Below, piece after piece: positions 25,998 through 35,661 of a DNA stretch of 64,000 bases (positions within the stretch are counted from its first letter, which is position 1; each line of letters opens with the position of its first letter). The position numbers and the translations under genes were made by a program. The notes beneath the pieces were generated by a model, which saw only the letters and a program-made list of their open reading frames with translations, ran no database searches and had not been told where the DNA came from. The stretch is taken from the NCBI GenBank assembly GCA_012401045.1, contig GCA_012401045.1_4704.1. The stretch is one strand, 5' to 3'. Source of the DNA: a phage.

Positions 25998-28070
25998 ATG
26001 AGGCTTAAGAATAGCACGCCTCGCGCGATTTTTACGGGCTTTAAAGAGGGTCTTACCACGGATCCGGTTACAGCCCCAGAGATCACGCCCATTCACCTCC
26101 CGTATGTTTTCATTCAGGGTGGTCGTGGTAAAGAGGACACCTTGCTGTTAACAGGGGACGCCCTGTCTACAGTCTACGGTGAAGATATGCTGAACTACCG
26201 CAGTAAGTACGCTTCTCCAGCAACACTGATTGCTCGCCAGGCGGCTTCTACAGGTAGCGCGATCTTCACAAAACGTTTGGTTGCGCCGGATGCAACGGCA
26301 GCACGCATCCGTATCGGTGTTGAAGTGGTCGCCGATAAACTGGTCGTTTACCAGCGTAACGCTGACGGGTCCTTTATGAAGGACACCGACGGCAACAAAA
26401 TCCCTGACGGCGATAAAACCGTTGACGGGGTGAAAATGCGTTGGATTGTTAACCACGACAAAGATGCCGTAGCGCCTAACGCCTTCGGTAAAGATGAAGT
26501 GGTTATCGGACAAATGACCGCAGCTGATGGTACCCAGAGCAACTACTATCCTATTCTGGATGGAATGGTGAGCTGGCGTGGTGCCGAAGGGGACAACATC
26601 GGCTTACGTCTGGAAGCACCGACCGCGCTGAGCAGCAACCCTACCCGTACCGATATCATCGAACGTATCGGTGCTTTCCTGTACCGCATTCAGTTCGTGG
26701 AACGTAAGTCTTCACGAACTGCGCCGACGGTCATTCGTACGATCAGCGGTATGGAACAAGAAACCTTCGCGTTGCAGGAAGGTGTTATCCAGCCTGATGA
26801 CGAAACCGATCTGTCCTTCGGTAAAGTGGTCGTTGATGCCTACGAGTATAATGAAACGGGTAACACCCCGATCTTTGCTCCGATGGATCAGATGCATCTT
26901 TATCAGAAGAACATCGATGAAGTCGTCAAGAAGCTGTACGAATCTGAAAGCAAAGTTAACAAAGATCTGTTAACCGACGTTGAATTCGTCGAAGGTCAGA
27001 TGAACATCTTCACCGGTGTCGATTACAACGGCATCCCGTATCAAACCATCGAAGTTCTCGATGCGGATCAGGGCGGCGTCATCTTTGATGGTACCAGCAC
27101 CTTCTACGCAATTGATGGTAGCGACGGTGACGTCGACTGGGATACCTTCGACGCGTTAGCGAAACAGCAGTTCGAATCGTTCGGCAGAATGGGCGAAGAT
27201 CTGGAAGACATGGCTTTCTATCCGTTCTCCATCGTGTATGACATTGGTTACAAAGTCGACACGAAGAAAGCGATGGCAAACGTCTTGTCTCTGCGTCCGG
27301 ATGTCATGATCATTGCGTCAACCCATACCTGGAAGGGTGTGGAACTGAATGTCGATGAAGAAAGCTCCATGGGCGCGATGCTGCGTAACTACTATCGTCT
27401 GCATCCAGAAAGCGTGCTTTACAATACCCCGGCTTGCCGTGCTGCGGTATTCATGCAATACGGTGAAAGCATCGAAGCGCCAAGCCTGGGTAAAGTTCCG
27501 TTGACGCTGGAAGTTGCTAATAAACTTGCAACTTACATGGGTGCTTCGGATGGTGTTATCCGCGGTACCCGCATCGATAACAACCCCGGTAACGTTGTCA
27601 CAACGATGCGTAAAATCAACAAGACGTATCGTAACGCAACGGTCCGCGATCGTGATTGGGAAAACGGCTTGAACTATGTTCAGACCTACAACCGTAATTC
27701 CAACTTCTTCCCGGCTTGGGGCACGATCTACAATAACGACCGTTCGGTATGGCGTTCGTTGATCAACGTGATCATCGGTTGCGATCTGACTCGCGTGTGC
27801 TATCGTCTCTGGGCAGAAACCACCGGTACTACAGGAATGGATGAAACCCTGTTCCTGAAACTGATGGGCGAACGCTTCCTGGAATACACCACGGGCCGTT
27901 ACAACGACCATGTGACTGTTAAGGGACGTTTCTACCTGGATAAAGAAGACGGTTACAACGGCTTCAGCTATCACGGCGATATCAGCCTGATCGGCGATCC
28001 AGGCATGACCGTGGGTACGTTTACCATCACCGGGCTGCGTCGTAACACCGAAGCAGCAGAAGCGGCGTAA
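25998..28070 (+). CDS. Tail sheath protein (inferred)
   Basis: 690 aa with strong codon bias and SD AAGGAGAG. A 296-aa ORF follows 15 nt later. Size and order match phiKZ gp29/gp30 as I remember them. No diagnostic motif recognised. Confidence 0.55.
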   Translation: MRLKNSTPRAIFTGFKEGLTTDPVTAPEITPIHLPYVFIQGGRGKEDTLLLTGDALSTVYGEDMLNYRSKYASPATLIARQAASTGSAIFTKRLVAPDATAARIRIGVEVVADKLVVYQRNADGSFMKDTDGNKIPDGDKTVDGVKMRWIVNHDKDAVAPNAFGKDEVVIGQMTAADGTQSNYYPILDGMVSWRGAEGDNIGLRLEAPTALSSNPTRTDIIERIGAFLYRIQFVERKSSRTAPTVIRTISGMEQETFALQEGVIQPDDETDLSFGKVVVDAYEYNETGNTPIFAPMDQMHLYQKNIDEVVKKLYESESKVNKDLLTDVEFVEGQMNIFTGVDYNGIPYQTIEVLDADQGGVIFDGTSTFYAIDGSDGDVDWDTFDALAKQQFESFGRMGEDLEDMAFYPFSIVYDIGYKVDTKKAMANVLSLRPDVMIIASTHTWKGVELNVDEESSMGAMLRNYYRLHPESVLYNTPACRAAVFMQYGESIEAPSLGKVPLTLEVANKLATYMGASDGVIRGTRIDNNPGNVVTTMRKINKTYRNATVRDRDWENGLNYVQTYNRNSNFFPAWGTIYNNDRSVWRSLINVIIGCDLTRVCYRLWAETTGTTGMDETLFLKLMGERFLEYTTGRYNDHVTVKGRFYLDKEDGYNGFSYHGDISLIGDPGMTVGTFTITGLRRNTEAAEAA

Positions 28071-28085
28071 TGAGAGGAGTCCATA

Positions 28086-28976
28086 ATGCGTCCTGATAAT
28101 ACCCTACTCGGTGAACAGGGTGTTGGTGCTCTTAGCAACGCGGCTATGGTCGATATTCGTGCAGGTGCCCAAAACGGGTACATCAGCAATATCGGTACGT
28201 ACGTTGCTAACGCCAACTACATTCCGAACCAAATGTTCTGTCTCCTGCTGGAGGCACCACGTGGTTTCAACTATCTACCTAACCCGGATGTACAGATTGG
28301 TTATCTGAAGGCGTTGGTAGAAGAAGTTGCGCATTCGATTACCGGTCTGCAACGCGGATTGGAAGTTGAATTCGTTAGCGTCCCGGTTTCTGGTTCCGGT
28401 GAAATCCAGGAAGAAGTCTCTGACGTTAAACGTCCTCGCTCTAACCCGACTTTCGGGATCTATGAGAAAGAAGGTCGTTCCGTTAGTTACTTCCTGGAAC
28501 AATGGATCACGTATCTGTTGATGGATCCGGATGCCAAATACCCGATGTTGTCGTCTATCGTATCCACTGGTGGTCCAACCGACCTGCTGGCGGATTATCG
28601 TAGCGCAACAATGCTGTTCGTTGAGCCAGACCGCCAACACAAAAAAGTGGTTAACGCCTGGCTGTGCACGAACATGATGCCTCACGGTACCGGTGACTGG
28701 ACATCACGTCGTAACAAGAACGATGCGCCAAACGTGGTAGAATTGAGCATTCAGTTCACAGCGTTAACACAGACCAACTACGGCGTGCGTGCTTTTGCAC
28801 AACGTCTGCTGGATAAGATGAACCTGCTCAAAGTGAACCCGGATTTCCGTCCGGCTTATCTGAGCGACATCGATCCGGCTGTGGCAGCGCAGAAGGTTGG
28901 CTACACCTTCGACTTTGATAACAACGATACCTTTGAGGTACCGAATACTTATCAAAACGTAACACCTCGCGTGTAA
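28086..28976 (+). CDS. Tail tube protein (inferred)
   Basis: 296 aa with strong codon bias and SD GAGGAG, immediately downstream of the putative sheath gene. Confidence 0.5.
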   Translation: MRPDNTLLGEQGVGALSNAAMVDIRAGAQNGYISNIGTYVANANYIPNQMFCLLLEAPRGFNYLPNPDVQIGYLKALVEEVAHSITGLQRGLEVEFVSVPVSGSGEIQEEVSDVKRPRSNPTFGIYEKEGRSVSYFLEQWITYLLMDPDAKYPMLSSIVSTGGPTDLLADYRSATMLFVEPDRQHKKVVNAWLCTNMMPHGTGDWTSRRNKNDAPNVVELSIQFTALTQTNYGVRAFAQRLLDKMNLLKVNPDFRPAYLSDIDPAVAAQKVGYTFDFDNNDTFEVPNTYQNVTPRV

Positions 28977-29002
28977 CGTAAAAAAAAAAGCATATTAACC
29001 TC

Positions 29003-29039
29003 CCTTCCTTCCCCGGCCTTGACGGCTAGGGAAGGAAGG
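29003..29039. terminator. Bidirectional terminator
   Basis: CCTTCCTTCCC (29003..29013) pairs with GGGAAGGAAGG (29029..29039). It is flanked by a run of A residues upstream and TTTATGGTTTATTTA downstream. Confidence 0.8.
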
Positions 29040-29051
29040 TTTATGGTTTAT

Positions 29052-29591
29052 TTACTGTTTGTTCGTGGCTTCACGAATGAAAATGACATCAGGATATTCT
29101 TGAGATTCAATGAATTCAGGATTACGATAACGACGAATATGACGCATCGTTGTACAAGCAAGTTTGTAAAGATGTTCCTCCTCACGTTGTGTTAATAACA
29201 TCAGTTGCGCGTCTGGAATCACGAATGGGAGTCTTTCATTCACGTATTCCCGAAGGTCATCGAGATCATCGTGATGAATGCCCTCTGAGAGCTTATATAA
29301 CGCTTCCAGCAATTCTAATCCACCGAACTGGTAACTTCCTATTGTCGTCTTAAACAATGCGCCAGAACGCGTGGTGGATGCTCTATCGGCGACATCGTAT
29401 TGTTCTAACATATATCCGTAGACCATGCTACGTCGATCCAGTGTATCCGTAACGAGATTACGCCACCGTTCCAGTCTTTCGAGCGCTTTGTCGATAGAGT
29501 AAACGATCATGCCATGTTCATCCAACTCTTCCGCAATACCCAATAGTTCATTGTTGTTAGGTTTTGCTGCACCGATAAGAAAAACACTCAT
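29052..29591 (-). CDS. Hypothetical protein (179 aa)
   Basis: Clean ORF with a stop/start overlap with the upstream gene at 29591. Confidence 0.7.
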   Translation of the reverse strand: MSVFLIGAAKPNNNELLGIAEELDEHGMIVYSIDKALERLERWRNLVTDTLDRRSMVYGYMLEQYDVADRASTTRSGALFKTTIGSYQFGGLELLEALYKLSEGIHHDDLDDLREYVNERLPFVIPDAQLMLLTQREEEHLYKLACTTMRHIRRYRNPEFIESQEYPDVIFIREATNKQ

Positions 29592-30004
29592 TACTCAAAC
29601 TCCTTATTCCAAAACTCGATTAATGAATCGAGCTGTTCCTTACTGGTTATCTCACCTCCCCTAACAAAATGAAATCGTTCTTGAATGGCGATCTTTTCAA
29701 GGATATCGGTAAGCAAATGACGGTGACAGAAATTTCCTGCAGGACAATAACACCCTAACACCACAACCGGATGGGAGAATAAAGCCAACCATTCCGGTGT
29801 ATGATCAACAAAGCTTTTGCGCATAAGCGCGTAGTAGCCTGTGGTATATTCATCCTCGGTTAACGTTTTTGATTTGATTCCTGTAACAAGTTCCCATGAA
29901 GGTGCGAAGAGTGGGTTACCTGTTTTCACCGTCGTGTCCAGTAGGAACGCTCGTGTGTCTGAAAGCCAACGATATTTGGCTAATTGAAGGGTGTATAAAA
30001 ACAC
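29591..30004 (-). CDS. DUF488/DUF4326-like protein
   Basis: 137 aa with a GTG start. LFAPSWELV...TEDEY...VVVLGCYCPAGNFCHRHLL matches the remembered DUF488 pattern (APS.eL ... LlC.E....CHR.l). Confidence 0.45.
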   Translation of the reverse strand: MFLYTLQLAKYRWLSDTRAFLLDTTVKTGNPLFAPSWELVTGIKSKTLTEDEYTTGYYALMRKSFVDHTPEWLALFSHPVVVLGCYCPAGNFCHRHLLTDILEKIAIQERFHFVRGGEITSKEQLDSLIEFWNKEFE

Positions 30005-30036
30005 AGCGCTAACCCCAAAGGATAAAAATAAAACCT

Positions 30037-30077
30037 TGACATAACCACCACCGCAACCCCATACAGGGCTACGGTGG
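30037..30077 (-). terminator. Terminator after the 159-aa gene, followed by TTATGTCA
   Basis: CCACCG (30048..30053) pairs with CGGTGG (30072..30077), with an inner CCC/GGG stem. The minus-strand downstream tract is TGGTTATGTCAAGGTTTTATTTTTA. Confidence 0.55.
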
Positions 30078-30107
30078 GGTCATACAGAGAGACGTGTTAA
30101 GTTACAA

Positions 30108-30587
30108 TCAGTCTTTCAGCAGCTCAGCTGCATACGCACTGATGTTGTCGCGAATATGCTTAACCTGAGTTGTTGGGAAAGATTTCTTATACGCGGTGGT
30201 CAGGCGTCCGTAAACCTGTTTCTTCTCGTTAGAGCCGAAACCAACTTCAGCGCTACGTTGAACCGTTGCGGACACAACGTCTTTGCCCAGCGGCAGGGTT
30301 ACAGAAACAACGTCAACCTGCTTGTTATCCGCCATGAACTGCGCGCCAACGCGACCTACCGCCAGACCATGAGCCAGACCGATATCGGTGGTCAGTTTCT
30401 GTGCTTTTTCCAGGATTTCTTTTTCTTCCGGCGTTACCAGAGTACCCAGGAAATCACTGCCTAACTTCTGGCTACCAGATTCGTCCAGTTTAATACCAGC
30501 GGCGATTTTATCAGAAAGAGCCTGAACTTCCGGACGTACGTTAGAAGTGGTTTCAGTCGCTACGGTGGTTTCTACAGCTTCAGACAT
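30108..30587 (-). CDS. Highly expressed early-type protein of unknown function (159 aa, acidic N-terminus)
   Basis: Strong codon bias like the shell gene. It is a monocistronic unit bounded by TATATTACC promoter copy 2 and a terminator. No motif recognised. Confidence 0.8.
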   Translation of the reverse strand: MSEAVETTVATETTSNVRPEVQALSDKIAAGIKLDESGSQKLGSDFLGTLVTPEEKEILEKAQKLTTDIGLAHGLAVGRVGAQFMADNKQVDVVSVTLPLGKDVVSATVQRSAEVGFGSNEKKQVYGRLTTAYKKSFPTTQVKHIRDNISAYAAELLKD

Positions 30588-30705
30588 GTTAATACTCCAA
30601 TTAGTTTTTTCGATCGATCAAAAGGATAAAATCAGAAGATTCTTTCTTCATAGGGAAAACACAAGTCGGTTAAGGTTTACTTCTTAAACTCCTTGCGTTC
30701 TATCA

Positions 30706-30741
30706 GTTAGGTAATATAGACCTCAACTTTTTTCCAATAAT
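30706..30741 (-). promoter_or_regulatory. Early-type promoter, copy 2
   Basis: The minus strand reads ATTATTGGAAAAAAGTTGAGGTCTATATTACCTAAC. The core (30718..30710) is 123 nt upstream of ATG 30587. The upstream half overlaps the stop of gene 30723..31523. Confidence 0.7.
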
Positions 30742-31523
30742 GCTGCAACGTTCCGCGCGAAACGAATTACCTTGTAATTGCGGGTCTGTTTGATATCTTC
30801 TTCCCCATCACTGTCACCTTCAGACGGATCTTCCCACATGAAGTCTTGTTCGTCCGCTTTCTGTAAGTAGCGGTATAACTGCACCATGCTGCGTGCGGTC
30901 GGAGAGATAGCGCGAAGCTCATCCAATTCTTCATCCGTGAGCAGAACATGCGGTGAACGCAGTGGTTCCATTGTTGTATTACACAACAGACGAATCAGCA
31001 GATCGACGCACGGAATAACCGAACCTGGTGAGGCGATTTCTGGGTGTAATGTATAACCCCAATATACGGTGTTAAAATACGTCAAAACAGCAGGTAGTGA
31101 CGGATGTTCCATCGCACGGCCAATTTGCTGTCTTACGATAGATGCACGATCGTTCAATACATCGAAAGTAATCTGCTGCGGTTCCATAACCGCAAGTGAA
31201 ATACCGTATGCGTCAGCCACACCCAGGATTTCATGAAGGGCCGAACGTTCTTCTTCGGTGGATATTGTCCCGATTGCCTTACGCCCTGCAAGGTCAATCA
31301 GCATCGGTGAAACAGCTTCTTTAACCGCATTAAAAGAAGCCTGGTAAGCGTGTTTGTGAATATACAGTGTCCACGCTAATGCGCGCTCAGCCGCATGAAG
31401 CAGATCGACATAAGACAGTTCTTGATGGCATGGGCCATACACACTCACAGCAAGCTTGGTGGCTTTCTCAGAGGCTTGCATAATAACATCTGGTGATTTA
31501 GGCATATCGCGTTCTTCTTGCAT
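30723..31523 (-). CDS. Hypothetical protein (266 aa)
   Basis: Clean ORF with an acidic C-terminal region. No motif recognised. Confidence 0.75.
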   Translation of the reverse strand: MQEERDMPKSPDVIMQASEKATKLAVSVYGPCHQELSYVDLLHAAERALAWTLYIHKHAYQASFNAVKEAVSPMLIDLAGRKAIGTISTEEERSALHEILGVADAYGISLAVMEPQQITFDVLNDRASIVRQQIGRAMEHPSLPAVLTYFNTVYWGYTLHPEIASPGSVIPCVDLLIRLLCNTTMEPLRSPHVLLTDEELDELRAISPTARSMVQLYRYLQKADEQDFMWEDPSEGDSDGEEDIKQTRNYKVIRFARNVAALLEKS

Positions 31524-31557
31524 CTTTTAAATTCCTACTTAACAATAAAGTTCATAT

Positions 31558-31565
31558 ACGGCGTA
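31558..31565 (-). promoter_or_regulatory. TACGCCGTATAT motif 35 nt upstream of ATG 31523
   Basis: The minus strand reads CATACGCCGTATATGAAC. The 12-mer is shared with 8983..8994 (octamer core at 8987..8994). Confidence 0.35.
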
Positions 31566-31611
31566 TGTATCCGTAGAATAATGGGTTCTGGTAAGATCTT
31601 ACATCAAAATG

Positions 31612-31653
31612 ACGGCATAAAAAGTACCTCCTTACCCATGTGGGTAAGGAGGT
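31612..31653 (-). terminator. 13-bp terminator, followed by TTTTTATGCCGT
   Basis: ACCTCCTTACCCA tg TGGGTAAGGAGGT (31626..31653). On the minus strand this is followed by ACTTTTTATGCCGT (TATG at 31619..31616). Confidence 0.8.
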
Positions 31654-31805
31654 TCGTCCATCACGACGAAAGGACGTTATGTGACGCGGTGTCCATAACG
31701 GCCCTGGTAGCAGGCATCAAAGATAACAAAAAGGATGTAAGTTGAGCTAAACCACCTAAATACGGTAACGATTACTTCCGTACACAATATAACGCAACAT
31801 CTTTT

Positions 31806-32615
31806 TTACCAATGATTAAAGCTGCCCGCTTTAACGACATCACAACGTAGGTGGTTACGTAACTGATCCAGGAAGACAACCGGACTGTCGCCAGACAACA
31901 TAGCCAGCGCGTGTTGGCCACCGGAACGAACAACAAGCTCATCGACCATTGGTGCTGTAATCGGGAGATCATACGCATCCATGATTGCTTTGGCTTCCTG
32001 TTCTACGTCTTTCTGGAACCCTTCCATCGTCGGAGAGTCATATTTGGTTGCAAACTCGATCCCAGGCAAGTTAACGTAATCGTAAGTCATGACACGGGTC
32101 ATAACACGACGGCGCTCACGTTGCCAGATCTGAGGATCGGTTAACGCGCGAACCGAAAAACACACGTTCACCAACGGCGTTTCAAAATCTTTACGTAATG
32201 GATCACCGTACGGCCCGCAAGGAATAACATCCCCCATCACCATCACGACAGGACGACCACGACGATCGCGTCCCGCTTCTTCTAACCAAATCTTAGAAAA
32301 GCAATGGCTTACCTTCGTTTCTTCGATTCGTAACGCTCGCTGCAAAAAGCTGGTTGCATCCTGACCGATCTCTGGTTTAGGGTGACCGTATTCACCTTTC
32401 AACGAACGATTGCGTGCGTTTGTTTGCAGTAAGCTGTTTTCCAGAAACAGCGGTTTCGAACGCTCAAGTTCGTAATATTCTTCGGTATTGTTAAAACAGT
32501 TAAATCCGCCGATAACACAGGTGTAGGCACCGTCAGCATTAGGACGGATAATACCTTTCTTATTCACACCAAGATAACTGGTGCAAACAAGATTACTAAT
32601 TGGTGGTTGCATCAT
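31806..32615 (-). CDS. Prohead (head-maturation) serine protease, T4 gp21 / phiKZ gp175 type
   Basis: LKGEYGHPKP aligns with T4 gp21 LGELNHPPR (catalytic His). CGPYGDPL aligns with HGPGDKL. CFSVRAL aligns with VSSRGL (catalytic Ser). 269 aa. Confidence 0.75.
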   Translation of the reverse strand: MMQPPISNLVCTSYLGVNKKGIIRPNADGAYTCVIGGFNCFNNTEEYYELERSKPLFLENSLLQTNARNRSLKGEYGHPKPEIGQDATSFLQRALRIEETKVSHCFSKIWLEEAGRDRRGRPVVMVMGDVIPCGPYGDPLRKDFETPLVNVCFSVRALTDPQIWQRERRRVMTRVMTYDYVNLPGIEFATKYDSPTMEGFQKDVEQEAKAIMDAYDLPITAPMVDELVVRSGGQHALAMLSGDSPVVFLDQLRNHLRCDVVKAGSFNHW

Positions 32616-32693
32616 AACCCCTTTATAAGCAACTGAATGAAAAAAGCGTTACATTCCCGCTTTTACGTCAGAAGGTGACGCGTAAGCGTTATA

Positions 32694-33425
32694 TCACCAT
32701 TCATACGATCCGGCGCACTGATGCCCCAACAGTACCAACGCGTCGTCTTTGGCAGCTAGGTATTTCTCTAACGTTATCCGTGAAACAGACACATTAGAGA
32801 AATCCATCACACCTAAGCGATGATCGTAATGGTTAATTTGCATCCGGTAATAACCTTTCTTTACCACCAGAAACTCGCCTTGACGCAACCATAGCGGAAC
32901 GTTATCAACCTCCGCATGGATATAAAACACCGGACATTCTGTCGTAACGGAGTTTTCCTTCCCATCGCTATCTGTAATCTTCCCTTTGGGAACAGCCGCG
33001 ATAAAACATTCTCCGATACGCTCGGTTTGATACCCGTTTGGATAGCGCGGATCGTGAAATAACCAGTGCTCATCGCTAATATCAACATCGGATAATAACG
33101 TACGATGTGGACGTAAGGCGATATCAAACGGAACACGATAAATAACGTACCCGCCTAACCAATGGGCTAAGTGACCGCCAGAAAAATACTGCTTGATTGC
33201 GGTACTGTAACCGTATATACAACCCATCAAACTGCTGGACACACAGATCCTTGGAAACGACCCGTCTTCCATACGCAAGGTACGTTGAGGGATACGTGGC
33301 ATCATCGTTTTCAGTTCGGTATCGGTGCTAATATGCAATAAACCGAAAGGAAGCGTTTTGCTCGGCACCCACGCACAACGTTCCATAATCGCTCTTGGGA
33401 CAATAGTCTCGATAGACGATAACAT
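32694..33425 (-). CDS. Hypothetical protein (243 aa)
   Basis: Clean ORF in the head-gene array. Confidence 0.7.
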   Translation of the reverse strand: MLSSIETIVPRAIMERCAWVPSKTLPFGLLHISTDTELKTMMPRIPQRTLRMEDGSFPRICVSSSLMGCIYGYSTAIKQYFSGGHLAHWLGGYVIYRVPFDIALRPHRTLLSDVDISDEHWLFHDPRYPNGYQTERIGECFIAAVPKGKITDSDGKENSVTTECPVFYIHAEVDNVPLWLRQGEFLVVKKGYYRMQINHYDHRLGVMDFSNVSVSRITLEKYLAAKDDALVLLGHQCAGSYEW

Positions 33426-33426
33426 A

Positions 33427-34137
33427 TCACCCCCTCAGAATCGCTTCTGTTTCGCTGATCGTATCCGCAGGATAAACCAAACTACTATCGATTGCGTTAT
33501 TCACGTAACCACCCATTAAGTTGGTGATGGTGTTTGTACCACTATCGATAATGTTTCGTAATCCGATATCGATGGCTTTTAACGTGCTGCGTTCCTCATC
33601 CGAAAGCAAACGCCATGCTCGACGACGATCGTTGGGGTCACGTGTGGTGATAGAAGCCAGAACAGAATAGATGCTGCTATCCGCATTCAGTTTAACGCCT
33701 GCCAATTTCGCTGACGTGTAGAGCAGCTGATATTTTTCTTTCTCAGTGTACCACCATGGCACTTTACCGAGCGTATAGATCTCGTTATACATCAGCCATG
33801 GGAAAGAGTTTCGCATCACGACATCGGTTGACACCAACACCGTGTCACCGGGAAGAAACACAAACTCATAAAACGGCTGGCCATCCATGGTAATTTCACG
33901 GATGTCAGACGGGTCGATATGGAGCTGGGTCAATGCGTGGCTGACACCATACTGACCATCGGGAAGAATAATCGGGCAGCACGCACAAACCCGGTTCTCA
34001 CTCCCGATGATAGATAAACCCAATCCCTCGTAACGGACGGGTGTCAGAATCGAACACCCGCCACGAGTAACAACAGATTTATCTTCTTGTATGTCCCAGT
34101 CCGCAAGCACCGCAGCACCGTTGCGGACAAGCGCCAT
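33427..34137 (-). CDS. Hypothetical protein (236 aa)
   Basis: Clean ORF, tightly packed. Confidence 0.7.
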   Translation of the reverse strand: MALVRNGAAVLADWDIQEDKSVVTRGGCSILTPVRYEGLGLSIIGSENRVCACCPIILPDGQYGVSHALTQLHIDPSDIREITMDGQPFYEFVFLPGDTVLVSTDVVMRNSFPWLMYNEIYTLGKVPWWYTEKEKYQLLYTSAKLAGVKLNADSSIYSVLASITTRDPNDRRRAWRLLSDEERSTLKAIDIGLRNIIDSGTNTITNLMGGYVNNAIDSSLVYPADTISETEAILRG

Positions 34138-35661
34138 TTACACCTCGCTAATCTGGATAACGTAAAGCTGCTGGGCCACGTAATCGGTGGTCAGATGCAT
34201 CGTTGCGATGGTCGCTGCTTCGAACACCGTGAGTTCAGGACGTTCACGCATAATCAAATCGATCTCATCGATGAGACGGTTAACGCCTTGAGCGTCTTCG
34301 TGATGCATGGTTTTCACGTACAGCGTACGGAAATACTGCTGGAAGTTAGCTACGTCGGTATCGGTAAGGGTAGCAACTTCACCACGTACGATTTCCATAA
34401 CCTTCTTACGGGTATCTTCATCGAGGTCCACTGTAATCAGGTCAGCAAATACGCCCTGCAATGCCAACGCGTATGCACGTAAGCGGTTTGCGGCCTGCTG
34501 ACTGGCTTTCATGTTGATGTAGTTACGGTAATGCTGCATGAAGCCTGCACCGTTAGCCAACAGCTCATCTTTACTGATGAGTTCACGTTCTAACAGGACA
34601 GCTGCGGTCAGTGCTTCCGGCGAACCACCTTCTTGCAGATAACCCATGTAGACATCTGCGTTAACGAAAATCGTCATCGTTGACGCATCTTCAGCACGTT
34701 GAATCTGAGAAGCCGACGGTGCAGAAAGAATCAGCTCACCACGCTCCATACGCAGGATACGATCACGACCGACGCGGGCCATCCCGTTGATCGCCGCAGC
34801 GCGAGCTTGTTGCATTTTAGCGCGGTAGTTTTCAAGCATCATGTCGTTGCCGTCCTGGATATCTTCCAGCAGGTTAACGGCCCACATATAGCAGAGGAAT
34901 GCAGGAGTTGCCGCAGCGCGGGAACCGTGGAATGCAACGTTATCGCTATCCGGATATGTAATCAGATAAGCGGTGTTGTTCGAAGAAGGAGCGGAACCAC
35001 GGAAGAAATAGTTGTAGATGTCTTCCAGTGCCTGATCGCTCATCCCTTCCGTTGCTTGCTGTACAAAACGATCCAGGTTTTCATTACCGGTATACAGCAA
35101 CGTACGCAGCTTATCGCCGGTGATAAACGCAAGCTTTTCGGTTGGGGTGAAATCGTTATTAATCGAAATCAAGCCATTGAGATCGTAATCGCTAACTAAG
35201 GCCTGGTATTCTTCGGAGTTATAAAACTCAGGGTAGTAACTCAGACTTACTGTCGGGATCAGTTTCGGTGCCAGGATGATCGAATCGATGCGTTTTTCCA
35301 GTTCCGGGTACAGTGCACGGCATTTCGGCAGGATGGTATTACGCGCCAACTCTTTGGCATACACCACTTTTTCCACCACGTCTTGAACTGCGGTCTGTAA
35401 AACTTCATCGTGGATATAAACCTCGCGTTCGCTGGCAGGTGCTACAGCGCCATCTTCGGTTTCATCAAGTGTTTCAGCAACAACCATACGTTCAGCACTA
35501 AGCTGCACCAACGCATCTGCGTCTTCCGGTGGCTGGTTCCAATGCATGGTTTCACAAACCGCGGCTAACGGCGTGCCCGGAATGGCTGCGACGATTTGAT
35601 TACGTTTGATAAACCCTTCGACAATGGGCTCAACAGCATAGACGGTTTTATTGGTGATCAT
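34138..35661 (-). CDS. Abundant hypothetical protein, probably virion/head-associated (context and codon bias)
   Basis: 507 aa with strong codon bias, lying between the protease and the RNAP genes. Confidence 0.7.
   Translation of the reverse strand: MITNKTVYAVEPIVEGFIKRNQIVAAIPGTPLAAVCETMHWNQPPEDADALVQLSAERMVVAETLDETEDGAVAPASEREVYIHDEVLQTAVQDVVEKVVYAKELARNTILPKCRALYPELEKRIDSIILAPKLIPTVSLSYYPEFYNSEEYQALVSDYDLNGLISINNDFTPTEKLAFITGDKLRTLLYTGNENLDRFVQQATEGMSDQALEDIYNYFFRGSAPSSNNTAYLITYPDSDNVAFHGSRAAATPAFLCYMWAVNLLEDIQDGNDMMLENYRAKMQQARAAAINGMARVGRDRILRMERGELILSAPSASQIQRAEDASTMTIFVNADVYMGYLQEGGSPEALTAAVLLERELISKDELLANGAGFMQHYRNYINMKASQQAANRLRAYALALQGVFADLITVDLDEDTRKKVMEIVRGEVATLTDTDVANFQQYFRTLYVKTMHHEDAQGVNRLIDEIDLIMRERPELTVFEAATIATMHLTTDYVAQQLYVIQISEV

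Noticed and set aside
27318-27974. A 218-aa minus-strand ORF inside the sheath gene
   Set aside because: It is antisense to a strongly codon-biased gene and has a non-protein-like composition (V/T/H/F-rich). This is a typical shadow ORF.
31518-31978. Track ORFs 31518..31745 (+) and 31772..31978 (-) in and around the 282-nt intergenic region
   Set aside because: They span the terminator hairpin and promoter-like motifs or overlap the protease gene out of frame. Neither has an SD.
34699-35199. A 166-aa plus-strand ORF
   Set aside because: It is antisense to the strongly codon-biased 507-aa gene and is rich in R, C and H.
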